DNA of 64,000 bases, taken from the NCBI RefSeq assembly GCF_018350175.1, contig NC_058368.1, forward strand, positions 33,048,001 through 33,112,000, read 5' to 3'. The position numbers and the translations under genes were made by a program. The notes beneath the pieces were generated by a model that ran no database searches, had not been told where the DNA came from, and saw only the letters and a program-made list of their open reading frames with translations. Shown here one piece after another: positions 12,590 to 24,220 of the stretch; the stretch's first letter is position 1, and every line of letters begins with the position of its first letter. Source of the stretch: Felis catus (Eukaryota).

Positions 12590-13060
12590 GAGTTTTATAC
12601 TACTTGAAGAGACATAATTCTTAATGCTCATAGAATGGAGGGGAAAAAAAAGATGAAAATTGAGATAATTTATCTTATAAAGCCTCACTAAACTCGTTAA
12701 CAGAAACTGACAAATATATTGAAAACTGTCGAGCAGTTTCAGTCATAAGTACATTAGATGCCCAAATCCAAAATAGAATACTAACAAATAGAATTTAACA
12801 ACATTTTGAATGTATAAGGTGTTATTATGAAGGAGATATTTCCCAGGACTCTAAGAATTGATTAACATTAGGAAATGTATTTATATAGTATATTCTATCA
12901 GCAGTTAAATAAAAGAAACATCCCGATAGTCCCAGTAGATATTAAAAGGATCTTTGATTATATTCACTGTGCATTAATCATAAACTCTGAGTCAACTAGG
13001 GATAGAAGAATAGTTTCTCAAAATGATAAAGAATATTAGTTCTAAAATGAGTCAACATAC
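12590..13060 (+). mobile_element. Ancient L1 ORF2 (reverse transcriptase region) fragment
   Basis: tagatgcccaaatccaaaatagaatactaacaaatagaatttaacaaca is a degraded DAKILNKILANRIQQH motif; gtagatattaaaaggatctttgat is a degraded IDAEKAFD motif. Confidence 0.75.
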
Positions 13061-13300
13061 GCAAAGTATTATGTTTTCATGTAACCTTTCTGTTTAAACA
13101 TTTCAGTCGTTTTTCGTTTTACCATTTTATAAATTGTAAAATCCATATTGCAGCCTTCAGGGTCTTTGATTGGGTTTTACTCACCTTTCAGTGTCACCCC
13201 AGACACCCTTTCCATTGCATGCTTTATTCTACCCCAAGGCACCACTTGTGTTTTGATCTCTTTACCTGTAATGTTGGGCTTTCCTGTTGATAACATTTAA
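13060..13300 (+). mobile_element. L2 fragment
   Basis: ctgtttaaacatttcagt...aaaatccatattgcagccttcagggtcttt. Confidence 0.45.
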
Positions 13301-13469
13301 CACCTTCAGTTCCCAGAGAAATAGGCTATGGCCATACACAGTAGTAAGATTTTCTAATTATTTGTGTGTCACCAATCCATCTCCTTTTGACACTATTGCA
13401 CGTCAGCTCATAACTTCTCTATTTCCTTTCTAACTAATGAATTTATAGGGAGATAGAAGTTTTTAGGTC

Positions 13470-13935
13470 TATTCCATGAGGTAGGTTTTAGAGACTAATA
13501 TTTACGCACATCAACTGCGAATTCTCCAAAGTATAATTATTCAAGGGAGGCAGGGCCTGCCTTCCATCTCAGAACACATGGATAGATACGGAGCAATAAT
13601 AGGATTGTAGGAACTATAATACAGACAGGCATGTGGTTTAGGTTTGAGCATTTAGTCATTCCTATCAAGATCCTGGATCTGGAGACAATGACAAAACATG
13701 GGCAGTTGCAGCAAGGCAGACCATGAACTCCTTTCTCTAGCAGTTGTGGTTGAGACAGTGACAAGGCCAATGGCAATTGCAGTAGCAGCATTGTCATCCA
13801 TTGACTTTCTGTGACATGATATTGGCTGAGGTTCTAACTACCCAGATTTCAAGGTTTCATCCCATGGGATCATCGGCTCTACTATAGATTATGTGAGCTA
13901 CACACTTCCTTTGAATGCTGTTGGTTAAAAGCCCC
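13470..13935 (+). mobile_element. Old ERVL-type LTR (LTR33-like)
   Basis: ggcaattgcagtagcagcattgtc...ctgtgacatgatattggctgaggttct...tgctgttggttaaaagccc. Confidence 0.45.
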
Positions 13936-13939
13936 TTTT

Positions 13940-14280
13940 AAAATGTAAAATAGAACACAGGCAAAGCTTCAAGTTGAACATGTAACCACCACTTACACCA
14001 ACAAGCAGACTTTCCAGTCATTAGTGGAGCCCTCCAGATACCACATCTCAACCAAAGACCCCAAATCCTCATATGACCACTATCAACATTTAATGGTAAT
14101 CCTGTCCTTGCTCCACTTTATAGTTTTATAAGGTCGATGGATTTTTAAATACTACAGTTCACTTTATCTTTTTTGGAGGGTGGTTACATGTTTTAGGTCT
14201 TCTTTATTAAAGATCTCATCCGTGAATTATTTTTCCTGCAGTTTTGTTCTGTAAGAAAAAAACATTTTTCTTTTCTTTTT
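13940..14280 (-). mobile_element. Old L1 (L1MC/ME-type) 3' UTR, resuming at about 16168
   Basis: catgtaaccaccac...gaccactatcaacatttaatggtaat; continuation cctctgtccttctagtttcctgtgaatt...tctagagattttatcagattcag. Confidence 0.55.
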
Positions 14281-14307
14281 CACTGGAAAAATGACAATGA
14301 AGCTCCA

Positions 14308-14477
14308 GGGGTGCCCGGGTGGCTTGGTCAGTTAAGCATCAGCTCTTGATTTCGGCTCAGGTCATGAACTCACAGTCCTGAGATGCAGTCCCACATCGTA
14401 CTTGGGTTTCTCTGTCCCTCTCTCTTTTTCCCCTTCACCCACTCTCTCTCAAAGTAAATAAATAAACATTAAAAAAA
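14308..14477 (+). mobile_element. Can-SINE with internal deletion, inside L1
   Basis: ggggtgcccgggtggcttggtcagttaagc head and aataaa tail; degenerate TSD aatgaagct / aatggaact. Confidence 0.9.
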
Positions 14478-14688
14478 GAAAATGGAACTACAGCATACCA
14501 AAAGTTGTGAGATGCAGCAATAATAATTCTAAGAGGGAAGTTTATACCAATAAACCTTTATATTCAAACAACCTAACTTTATTCTTCAGGGAACTAGCAA
14601 AAGAAGAACAAACTAAGCCCAAAGCTAGTAGAAGGAAGGAGATAACAAATATCAGAGTGGAAATTAAAAAAAAAAAAGTGAGAGACTA

Positions 14689-14768
14689 AAAAGATCAATA
14701 GAAAAGATAGAAAAAGATAGAAAAAAGATAGAAAAAGATAGAAAGAAAAAGATAGAAAAGATCAATAA
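14689..14768 (+). repeat. Tandem expansion of an A(4-6)GATAG unit inside L1 ORF2
   Basis: Five gatag copies between two copies of aaaagatcaata. Confidence 0.85.
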
Positions 14769-14920
14769 AACTAAAAGCTGGGTTTTGAAAAGATAAAATA
14801 CATGAAAATTTAGCTAGACATATTAAAAATGAGAGAAAATCCAAGTAAAACTATAAATGAAAGTGTAGACATTACAACCAAATCTGTACACGATAATAGA
14901 AAGGATCGTAAGAGACTATT

Positions 14921-15300
14921 CTGACTTAATTATACAGAACAAACTGATGGTTACTGGAGGTGGAAGTAGGCAGGAGGATGATTTATTTATTTTTGAAAGA
15001 GAGACAGCGCAAGCAGGGAGGGGGAGAAAGAAAGGTGGACACAAGCTCCAAGGCAGGTGAGGCGCTGATAGCCCATAGGGCTGGAACTTAGGAGCTGTGA
15101 GATCAAGGCCTGAGCCAAATTCATAAGCTTAAGCAACCAAGCCACTCAGGAGACCCCAGGGAGATGGTTTAAATAGGTGATGAGGATTAGGAAAGGCACT
15201 AGGTGCTGTATGTAAGTGATGGATCACCAAATTCTGTACCTAAAACCACAATCGCGCTGTATGTGAACTGGCTGCAATTTAAATAAAAACTTGGAGAAAG
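14921..15300 (+). mobile_element. 5'-truncated carnivore L1 3' UTR inserted in the older L1 ORF2
   Basis: gaacaaactgatggttac...tatgtaagtgatggatcaccaaattc...aaataaaaa; TSD aagagactatt at 14910-14920 and 15301-15311. Confidence 0.85.
14981..15157 (-). mobile_element. Can-SINE inside the L1 3' UTR
   Basis: tttatttatttttgaaagagagac...aagccactcaggagacccc; degenerate TSD aggaggatgattta / agggagatggttta. Confidence 0.88.
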
Positions 15301-15912
15301 AAGAGACTATTAAGAACAGTTATGCACCAACAAATTAAACAACTTAGAAGAAAGGGATAAATTTCTATACACATAAACTTACAAAGAGTGAATCATGTAG
15401 AAATAGAAAATTTGAAAAGACCACTTACTAATAAAGAGATTGGATCAGTAATACAAAATTTCGCAACAAAAAATTTAGGACCAGATAGCTTCATTGGTGA
15501 ATTATATCAAACATTCAAATAATTAATATAAGTTCTCCTCAAACTCTTAAAAAAATGGAAAGGGTGGGACCCTTCCAAATTCATTTTTGGATACCAGTAT
15601 TTCCCTAATAACCAAACCAGACAAGGGCACTACAAGAAAAGAAAATTACAAGCCAATACCTCCAATGTACATAGATACAAAAATGCTCAACAAAATATTA
15701 ACAGCAAATTCAGTAGTACATTGAAAGAATCATACACCATGAACAAGTGGGCTTATTCAAAGATACAAGGATGTTTCAGTGTCTGCAAATCAATAGTATG
15801 ATACGCCGCATTAATAAAAAGAAAGATAAAAATCTTATGTTTATCTGATAGATGGAGGTACAACATTTAACAAAATTAAACATCGATTCATAATAAAAAC
15901 CGTCAACAAATT

Positions 15913-16130
15913 GAGGCACCTGAGTGGCGCAGTTAGTTAAGTGTGTGACTTTGGCTCATGATCTCACGGTTTGTGAGTTCGAGCCCTGCATTGGGCTCTG
16001 TGCTGTCCGTTCACAGCCTGGAGCTTGCTTCGGATTCTGTGTCTCCCTCTGTCTCTGCCCCTCCCCCACTCACACTCTCTCAAAAAATGAATAAATGTTA
16101 AAAAAATTTTTTTTAATTAAAAAAAAATTT
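15913..16130 (+). mobile_element. Can-SINE
   Basis: B box gagttcgagccc; TSD aaaaacc(g/c)tcaacaa(a/g)tt. Confidence 0.95.
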
Positions 16131-16635
16131 AAAAAAACCCTCAACAAGTTTGGTTTGGAGGGAACACCTTCCTCTGTCCTTCTAGTTTCCTGTGAATTAA
16201 TTATTTAATCTAGAGATTTTATCAGATTCAGTAGGCACATAGGCAGATATTTATAAATATTTCTTTAGATTATACAAAAATACACTTATATAGGTATATC
16301 CAAGGAAAAGATATATCTACATATGTTATATATGCGTACATATCCAAATACACATAGAGGTGTGTGTGTGTGTATTTTTAATTTCCTTTTGGTGAGACTG
16401 TGTTGTAGTTGGCATTGCATTCTTTCAGCAAGAAGCACGTCATATCTTTTTGTCTTTTTGGTGATGTTATCAGTCAATTGTGCTTATATCCTAAATATAT
16501 TAAATTATTAATGGCATTTGCACTGTATCCCTTCATTATTTGGCAGAAAAAATGGATATAAATAAAAATAATTCTTTAATATTTATATCTCAGAGCAGCT
16601 TTTATTAGAAGCATAGGCTAAATGGTTGAATTTTC

Positions 16636-16731
16636 ATTCATTTCTTTTTAATGTTTATTTTTGAGAGCAGAGACAGAGAGAGAACGAGAGAGAGAGAGAG
16701 AGAGACAGAGACAGAGTGCAAGTGGGGAAGG

Positions 16732-16769
<38 letters not shown>

Positions 16770-16897
16770 ATCTGAAGCAGGCTCTAGGCTCTGAGCTGTC
16801 AGCACAGAGCCTGACTCAGGGCTCGAGCTCACCAGCCATGAGATTATGACCTGAGCCGAAGTCACAAGCTTAACCGACAGAGCCACCCACGCACCCC
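16636..16897 (-). mobile_element. Can-SINE with expanded (GA)n tracts
   Basis: Full body; TSD taaatg(g/c)ttgaatttt. Confidence 0.95.
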
Positions 16898-17005
16898 TAA
16901 ATGCTTGAATTTTTACCTAAATTTATGGATTTAAAAAACTCTGAATTACTTCTTTATGGCCCTCTAAATTTAGCTACCTTCTGCAAATTTTTTGGTTTAT
17001 CTTTA

Positions 17006-17075
17006 TTCTAGTATTTGAACTCAAAATTATATACCTTAAGTTCTAGTATATGAACTCACAATTATACATCTTAAT
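17006..17075. repeat. Imperfect 35-bp tandem duplication
   Basis: ttctagtatttgaactcaaaattatataccttaag followed by ttctagtatatgaactcacaattatacatcttaat. Confidence 0.85.
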
Positions 17076-17428
17076 ACACCTTAAATTTTAGGTTTTACAA
17101 ATGGGTATGTTAGACATTTTGAATTAATTTTTATATATGACAGAAGTTCAATTTTTCTTTGTATATAAGTATCCAATTGTCCAGCATACTTGGTTAAAAA
17201 GGCTGTCATTTCTTCCCTGAATTGCTTGGAACTTAGTGCTAAATTAGTCTATTTCTGTACTTTTTTTTTACGTCCTATGTATTTTTCTATCCTTATGCGT
17301 GCACCATATTATTTTGATAAATGTCTCTTTACAATAAGTCTTAAAATCAGTTAGAATGAGTCTTTGTACACGATTCTATTTTATGTAAAGTTGTTTTGCT
17401 CCTCTACTTACTTTGTATTTCCATGAGA
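17076..17428 (-). mobile_element. Old L1 ORF2 fragment
   Basis: cattttgaattaatttttatatatga...atccaattgtccagcatacttggttaaaaaggctgtc. Confidence 0.75.
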
Positions 17429-17948
17429 AAAGGGGGGGGGAAGGAGAGCATTGTCTAATATCACCATAATTTATTTTATAATTCACATTTTGAAAAAAGA
17501 ACTTGGGGCAGAATTATTGAAAAGAGATTACTGTTCTCAGGCAGTCACAAAGAATCTCCTGCTAAAGCCTTAAGTAACATTATACATTAACAATTTTTTT
17601 AAACAACATTGGTTAAATAGTATTAACTGTCAACTTTATTCATATTTCATGAGTTTTTCCACTAGTAAAACATTCACTTTATTAGTCTCTTTATGAATAT
17701 TGAGATAGCAAATTTTGTGAGTTGATTCTTAAACTCCAGGCACAGTGATAGGTTCCAGGCAAATGGATGTGATGACGACATTCCTATCGTCAAGATCACA
17801 GTCTATTCAAAATATAGTTTAAAAGTGCAATAAGCCAATGCCACTTCAATTTAGCACCCGTGAAGACATTAAAAATTATAATTTTATTTATCATCAAATG
17901 AGACAAATAAAGGCCTAATAGAAGGTTGTCTTTAAAAAGAATCTTCTA

Positions 17949-18162
17949 GGGGCGCCTGGGTGGCTCAGTCAGTTGAGCGTCGGACTCCAGCTCAGGTCAT
18001 GATCTCGCAGTCCGTGAGTTCGAGCCCTGCGTTGGGCTCTGTGCTGACAGCTCAGAGAGCCTGGAGCCTGCTTCGGATTCTGTGTCTCCCTCTCTCTCTG
18101 ACCCTCCCCCGCTCATGCTCTGTCTCTCTCTGTCTCAAAAATAAATAAAAAAAACATTTAAC
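17949..18162 (+). mobile_element. Can-SINE
   Basis: Intact A and B boxes; TSD aagaatcttcta on both sides. Confidence 0.97.
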
Positions 18163-19689
18163 AAGAATCTTCTACTTGAAAAATGTAAACTTCAGCTTTT
18201 CCTGAGAATTGATTTTCTCAGGGATTTATCTTCTTTACTTTTCATTTCTATAACAACGGGAGGCCTTGCGATGTGGCAAGGATCTATTTGAGTCCTATTA
18301 TTTCTTTAACAGCCAGATGTCATTTTAATGACAATTTCAAAGGTACTGTTTTTTCCTCTTTAGCTTAATGTTGATTTATCATTTGAAAAAGTTATTATAA
18401 GTGATCTCCATATAATTTCTTTTGGATGAAAGGATACATACAGAGACTAAGGGTTTTTATATGCAGATAAGAATATATCTACAAATACTTCAAAGATACC
18501 AAAAAGAGATTTAGGGTGAGAGTTGACATATTTTAAAATGGCATTTTAATTGTACTTACAATGAAGAAAACTCGTTTCTAGTTTTTATTGCTTAAAACTT
18601 TAACTGTATTTGCTGAAATTGCTAGCATTAACTCACATTTGAACTTAAACAGTTAACTTTTATTGACTATTTAACAAATATTATAATGTAAGCAATTCAG
18701 CTTTTATTCACCTTTTGAGAAAATCTATAAGTAATTAAATTGTTACCAATTTGCAAACATAGCAAAATATTTCCAGGAAATAACATTCTGTGACTGGGCT
18801 AGCAAGTTTCTTTTCTATCTATCTGCAGTTACTTGGGTAATGGGGAATTATAAAGGAAAAGTTAACTCTTCAAATTATGTAAGGCAAAATTGGGCAACAT
18901 AGTGCATGAGTGAGTGGGATAGTTCTAAGATCCCTCTTTGGTGTTGCACATCATCTCCCCTACCCCTTTCCTACTAATATGTACTCTTCCCATTTAAATT
19001 ATATAGTAGAATATGAAATAATTCAAATTCTGGAGGCACCAATAAATAATTTCAATACTCTACAGTAGAGGGAGGTATGGAGAATTTTATATTTTCAAGC
19101 TTATTCTGAATTTTATGTCCCCTTTGTTAGTATAAGCTAAGCCTTTTCTCATTGGACAAATATGACATTGAAAAGTATTAAGAGGTTATATAGCCTATTA
19201 AGCCTTTTCAGTTTATTAAACCTAGAATAAAAAGCATATGAATCCTAGATTTTCTCCAAAATAGGATATACAGAATAGTGCCAGTCATTTACATGCCAGA
19301 TTTTTTTATGACATTGCCCAATAAATTCAACAAATCAGTGCCTCAATATTATGGTCAACAAATGTACATAATGTATCAGAATGACAAAATACCCACTAGA
19401 AATGGAAAAGCAACTGTAAAAATTGTGTTAGATCATATAAGCAAATGAGAAAAATTATCTGTGCTGCATTTTTAGCCCTTATCTTACTGTAATATGAATT
19501 TCTGTTGTGAATTAAATCCATTTTCTATTATTCTAATTATGCTGTTTTAAAAGTTATTTTGTCTAAGTTCAAATGTGGAAAAGAAAGATGGAGAAAATAG
19601 TGGTTTAAAAAGAAAAATGGTCCTGTTTTAAACATATAGAAAAATGTACCGGTTGTCCCTTCATGGCTAATGTTTGGAGAACAAAAACC

Positions 19690-20010
19690 TTGTCATTCTG
19701 GATTGTTTTGCTGTTGTTAGTGGCTTTGCTCTTGAGGTTATTTCAAACAGAGTTGTAGTTTTTGCTCTTCCAGCCATTGCATTTGCATTCCAGGCAGGAA
19801 GCATGAAAGAAGGCAGAAAGAGCATGTGCCCTCAATTTGAAGAATCTTCCTGAAATCACCCACTAATCTTCTGTTCATAGCTCATTAGTTAGAAATTTGC
19901 CACATGGCCAGAACTAGCTACAAATAGCATTTAAAATATATCTTTAAATCACAGTGGCAATTTGCCATAATAAAATTAGGGGTTATGTACTTTAAGAGGA
20001 GGTGGTTTAA
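19690..20010 (-). mobile_element. Old MaLR LTR (MLT1J/K-like)
   Basis: tgcattccaggcaggaag...ctcattagttagaaatttgccacatggccagaactagctacaa. Confidence 0.65.
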
Positions 20011-20929
20011 AAAAAAAGAGGAAATTAGAAGTTTCTGCATAATTGGCATTTTAAAAATTTTTTACATTGATCTCTGCATCTACCCACCTTTCATAAAACT
20101 GATTAATTCAAATAGCTTGTCAATTTTTTTCTGAGGCAATAATAACATATGTTTATAAATAATAAATGTTTTATCCCTTCCTTGTGATCCTTTTACATTT
20201 ATAATTTTTCCATAGTGAATTGAGCGCTGCTGCCGGTAAAATGTTAAATGGAAACTTTAATCTTTGATTCTAGGCTTTAATGGTAATGCTTCGAATAGTT
20301 TACTATTTGGCGTATTACTTAAAGGTAATTCATTCAAATCTTTTTCATATGGTCTCAAATAGTATATATAAAATGGAAATAACCTTTAAAGGTTTCCTAA
20401 AACTAAAAACTGTGTAAATCATACGAGATTTTAGAACAGGCTCTTCCACAGCAGAATGTTTGTGAAACTTTGTTAGTAGTGTCAATAGAGAATAGGATGA
20501 AAATAATCCAAAATAACAGGCTTAGACAACACATTTTAGATATGTCACTGTAAAAACCATCAGAGAAATGGGGCAGAATTTGCATCAGGATTTTGGATCA
20601 TGTCTAATAAATACCGAAAATAACACTACCCAAGGGGGGTTATCTGAGGATTTATCTCTGAAGGAACCCTCTGTCCCAATATCAAATTCCTGCCAAGTCC
20701 TGGCTTTTTAATTGTTTCCCTTGTTAACTATGAATAGATAGTCAAAACTCACGAGGTATTTGGGTAAAGTCTAAAGCTGACAGAGACCATAATTAATACA
20801 TAGGTAAAATATATTTTATACATGTTTAATACATTACAGAAAATGTTTAAGGAGCACTATTTTAGATGTAAGATACTATATTTGTGCAACAAGTCTATCA
20901 ATATTTTTCACCTGTGTATTAAACACAGG

Positions 20930-21730
20930 GTGGAGCGGTGCTTGGTGGAGAAGTCAGTGGAAGGCTTAAGGTTAAAAAACAAAATCTCAAAAAAACTTAA
21001 AACACAGTTATATAATCTGGGAAAAGATACAAGATCAGGCCATCTAGAATAATCAACATCATAAGAAAATATTACATTCAGAATAACAAAGAGAAGTTGA
21101 GATGAGGAACAAGGCAATAATGCAAGGTAATTTCACCTGAGTGAGAAACATGTTTCCTTAATAAAAGGCTCTTGGAGCGATGGACACAATGATTAAAGAA
21201 AGAACCAATGAAAATCATGTCATTGAGTAGTTAAATAACACTAAGATGGAAACGGGAAGAATATGTTAAAAATGACATTTAAAAATTTTGGAGTAAGAAA
21301 GACATTAGATTTTTCAAGGGTAAGAGCGACACTCAAAAGCAAGTAGAGTAAAATATCTTCAGATTCTCAACCTGGAATTCTAAATGAAGGTAAATATCAT
21401 TAAATTGCAATTGATTAAAGATATTTTAAACATCTCAAATCTCTAACATTTGTAACCTACACAAAATAATAGGATGCTATTGGAGAATTTGACATTCTTA
21501 AAGAAGGGGAAGGACAAATATGGAGGAAGATAGGGAATCCAGGAAAAATTCAACACAGGAAAAAGACAAAATAGAAAGTCACTGTAACAGTGAAGGAAAT
21601 TCCCAGAACAGTTGTGCAGCAGGTGTATGGGGCAATCTATCCAGCAGTATTATAGAGCACACCTGCAGAGATACCTCCAGAGGAGAAAATGCTGTCCAAT
21701 GAGGCAATAAAACCGAGACAGAAAGATATA
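20930..21730 (+). mobile_element. HAL1 / old L1 ORF1-like remnant
   Basis: ggaagatagggaatccaggaaaaattcaacacagga...tgaaggaaattcccagaacagttgtgcagcagg resembles the HAL1 3' region. Confidence 0.6.
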
Positions 21731-21859
21731 TTCTAAATGTGTAGGTGTAGTAATTACTAAAAAGTGAGAATACTGTATAATCACCACACTGGTTAAGAAA
21801 TAAGAACCAGTGACCCAAAATTGTCTCCTGGTAACCAATCCAGTGAATATCACAACCAT

Positions 21860-23550
21860 CCTTTCTCCTCCTCGATCCTGTAATTGGCTAATTTCAAATG
21901 GACTGTCTCCCAGTTTGCTAATTCTTTCTTCTGCATGATTGTATCTGCTGTTCAAGCTCTCTTATTGAATTTGTCAGTTCTGTCATTGTATTCTTAAGCT
22001 TCTGGATTTCTGTTGGGTTCTTTTCTTATGTTTTCTATTTCTTTATTACACTTTTCATTTTACTCATGCATTGTTTCCTAATTTTGTTAATTTTCTATGT
22101 TCTCTTGCATTACATTGAGTTTCTTTAAGATGATTATCTTGAAATCTTTGTACATGCAATTCGCAGATCTCCATTTCTTTGAGCCAGTTACTGGGACTTC
22201 ATTACTTTCCTTTGATGTCATATTTGCCTGATTTTTTGTGATCTATGTGGCTTGCATTGGTGTCTGTGCATTTGAAAGAGCACGTACTTCTTCCAGTCTT
22301 TATAGACAGGTTTAAACAGGTAAATAAAGTTCTTCTGTCAGACCAGGTTACCTCAAGGATCACAGTTACACTAAGTTGGAGTTGGCTAACTGGAGTCAGG
22401 TCACAAAAATACGGGAGGCTATTGCTATATCCACAGTGGGATCTGTGGATGGGAGGCTTGTTACCAGGGACTTAGGTATGTATGGATCCTGTTTGGGACT
22501 ACCTCTAGAACCTTATTCTGTAGCCTGACTCTGAGACAAAGGTCTGCTTTCAAGTCTGTAGTTGGGTGCACAGGTGTGTATGGCTTCTGTCAGAACCCTG
22601 GAAGGCCTTTGCCACTTCGTTGGGTAGATCCCTGGGAGGGAAGGATTGGCCTCACACCATGGCTTAGAGGGGCTAGAGCCAAATCTCAGGGCTGCCTCAG
22701 GGTCCACAGTTGGGATGTAGGTCTGTAGATCTCATTCTAGAGGCACCGATGGGTGTGTCTTCTTCCAGATCCCTGAGTATGCAAGACTGAACTTTGACTT
22801 AACTTGGAGGAGCTGGAACTAAGTTATAGGACCATTTGAAGATTTGTAATGGGACTGAGGTTGGTGGTTTTACCTCTGAGGACACATACAGATATGTCTT
22901 CTGGGGTCTGTGTGCAGACAGAACACCTGTTGAACTATGAGTGGTAGGAGCCAATTCAGGATCTACTATCAGACCAAGGGTGGCTGGATTGTCTCTGGGG
23001 GCACTAATGAGATCCCAGGTAAGTAGGATTGTTCATGGATTACAGCCATGAGTGGCTGGAACCCAGACACAGGGCCATTTCAGAATCTCCAGTCAGACAA
23101 AGTTATGTAGACTTGCCTCCAAGGACTCCAAGACTGCATCGCAGAGGGACAGGAGCCAGGTCATGGGCCATTTCAGGGTCCAGAGCCAAGACTAAGGACT
23201 GTTGGCCTGCTACCTGAAGCATGGTGGCATGACTTCCAGCCACTCCTTTGGCAAATGATGCTGGTGGTAGGACAAAGGCCAAGGGGCCCTGTAGCCAAGT
23301 CCACAGGTATATGGAGCTATCGCCAGGTTTATACCTGGGACCGGGTTTCTGAATCAGCTACCTTGGTTCAGCCTTGCTTCTCAAAGCACTCCTTGATCTT
23401 GAACTCTACCAGCATTTCACAATCTACCGTCTGGATCCCCAAGCTCCCACAAAGGTCCTTTCTTTTGTTTAAGAATTGTTGTCAAATTATTGCTGCTAAG
23501 GGGAAACACCAACAAGGGACCTCATATTTCACCATCTTGCCGATATTCAC
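21860..23550 (-). mobile_element. L1 5' UTR and ORF1 N-terminal part (old L1M type)
   Basis: Minus-strand translation NSRYNHAEERISKLGDSPFEI matches the L1 ORF1 coiled coil; GC-richer UTR ends in accatcttgccgatattcac, an L1M 5' terminus. Confidence 0.85.
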
Positions 23551-23554
23551 ACAT

Positions 23555-24220
23555 TTACTTTTTTTAAATTCATATCTGTGCCATAAGTCTGTTAAACAGA
23601 TCCTTGTGTATCTGGTTATATTACCTGTTTGTTTTGTTTTGTTTTGGTTATTTTTTTATGGACTACCAGCAATTATTCATGACAAGATAAAGGTAACCTG
23701 AGATTTTAGATGACACTTTCATAGCAAGAGGATTTACTTTTCTTCTAGAAAGCCCTTATAATAGGAAGCCATTCCTTAATACAATTAGGGCTTAGTGATT
23801 TAAAACTGAGCTTTGACCTTTTATGTTGGTTGATCTATTTTATTCTGTTTTGATATACTTGTAGGGTAGAGCCCTTTGAGGACTCTCTGAAAGACGTAGA
23901 TATTTAATAGGGTCCCTGCTCCTTGACAGGCCTAAGCTTGGGTAATTATTCAAGTTGAGGAAAACTCTGACCAGCGTTTTCCCTTCTTATCTGTGCCTGT
24001 GCCCTGCTTATTTTTAATCCCAAAATTTATAAATGAGGGAAGGAATCTTATATGTCACACTTGATTCTCCATGCTCCTCCTCACTTCAGTAATTTAGACT
24101 CACAAATATTTCTGTTGTGGTAGTTCTGTGATGCTTTCAAATGTATTATTTTTTCTTGTTCTCCGCTGAGTGTTAATTTCGAAGAACCTATTTCAGCATT
24201 GTTGTAATCACAATTCCTTA
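23555..24220 (-). mobile_element. Older L1 5'-region remnant (L1ME-like)
   Basis: gtagggtagagccctttgaggactc...tttaatagggtccctgctccttgacagg. Confidence 0.5.

Larger units (their letters stand above)
14283..16167 (+). mobile_element. L1 ORF2 fragment with nested insertions
   Basis: Translation LTLFFRELAKEEQTKPKASRRKEITNIRVEI matches L1 ORF2; RT-region motifs ggaccagatagcttcattggtgaatt and catagatacaaaaatgctcaacaaaatatta; many disruptions. Confidence 0.92.

Noticed and set aside
14507..14689. ORF resembling L1 ORF2
   Set aside because: Fragment of a disrupted L1 with stops, frameshifts and nested insertions
21650..21955. 101-aa ORF starting MNSRYNHAEERISK
   Set aside because: Degraded L1 ORF1 running into unrelated sequence
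23255..23701. 148-aa ORF
   Set aside because: Spans the junction of two L1 remnants in antisense; chance ORF
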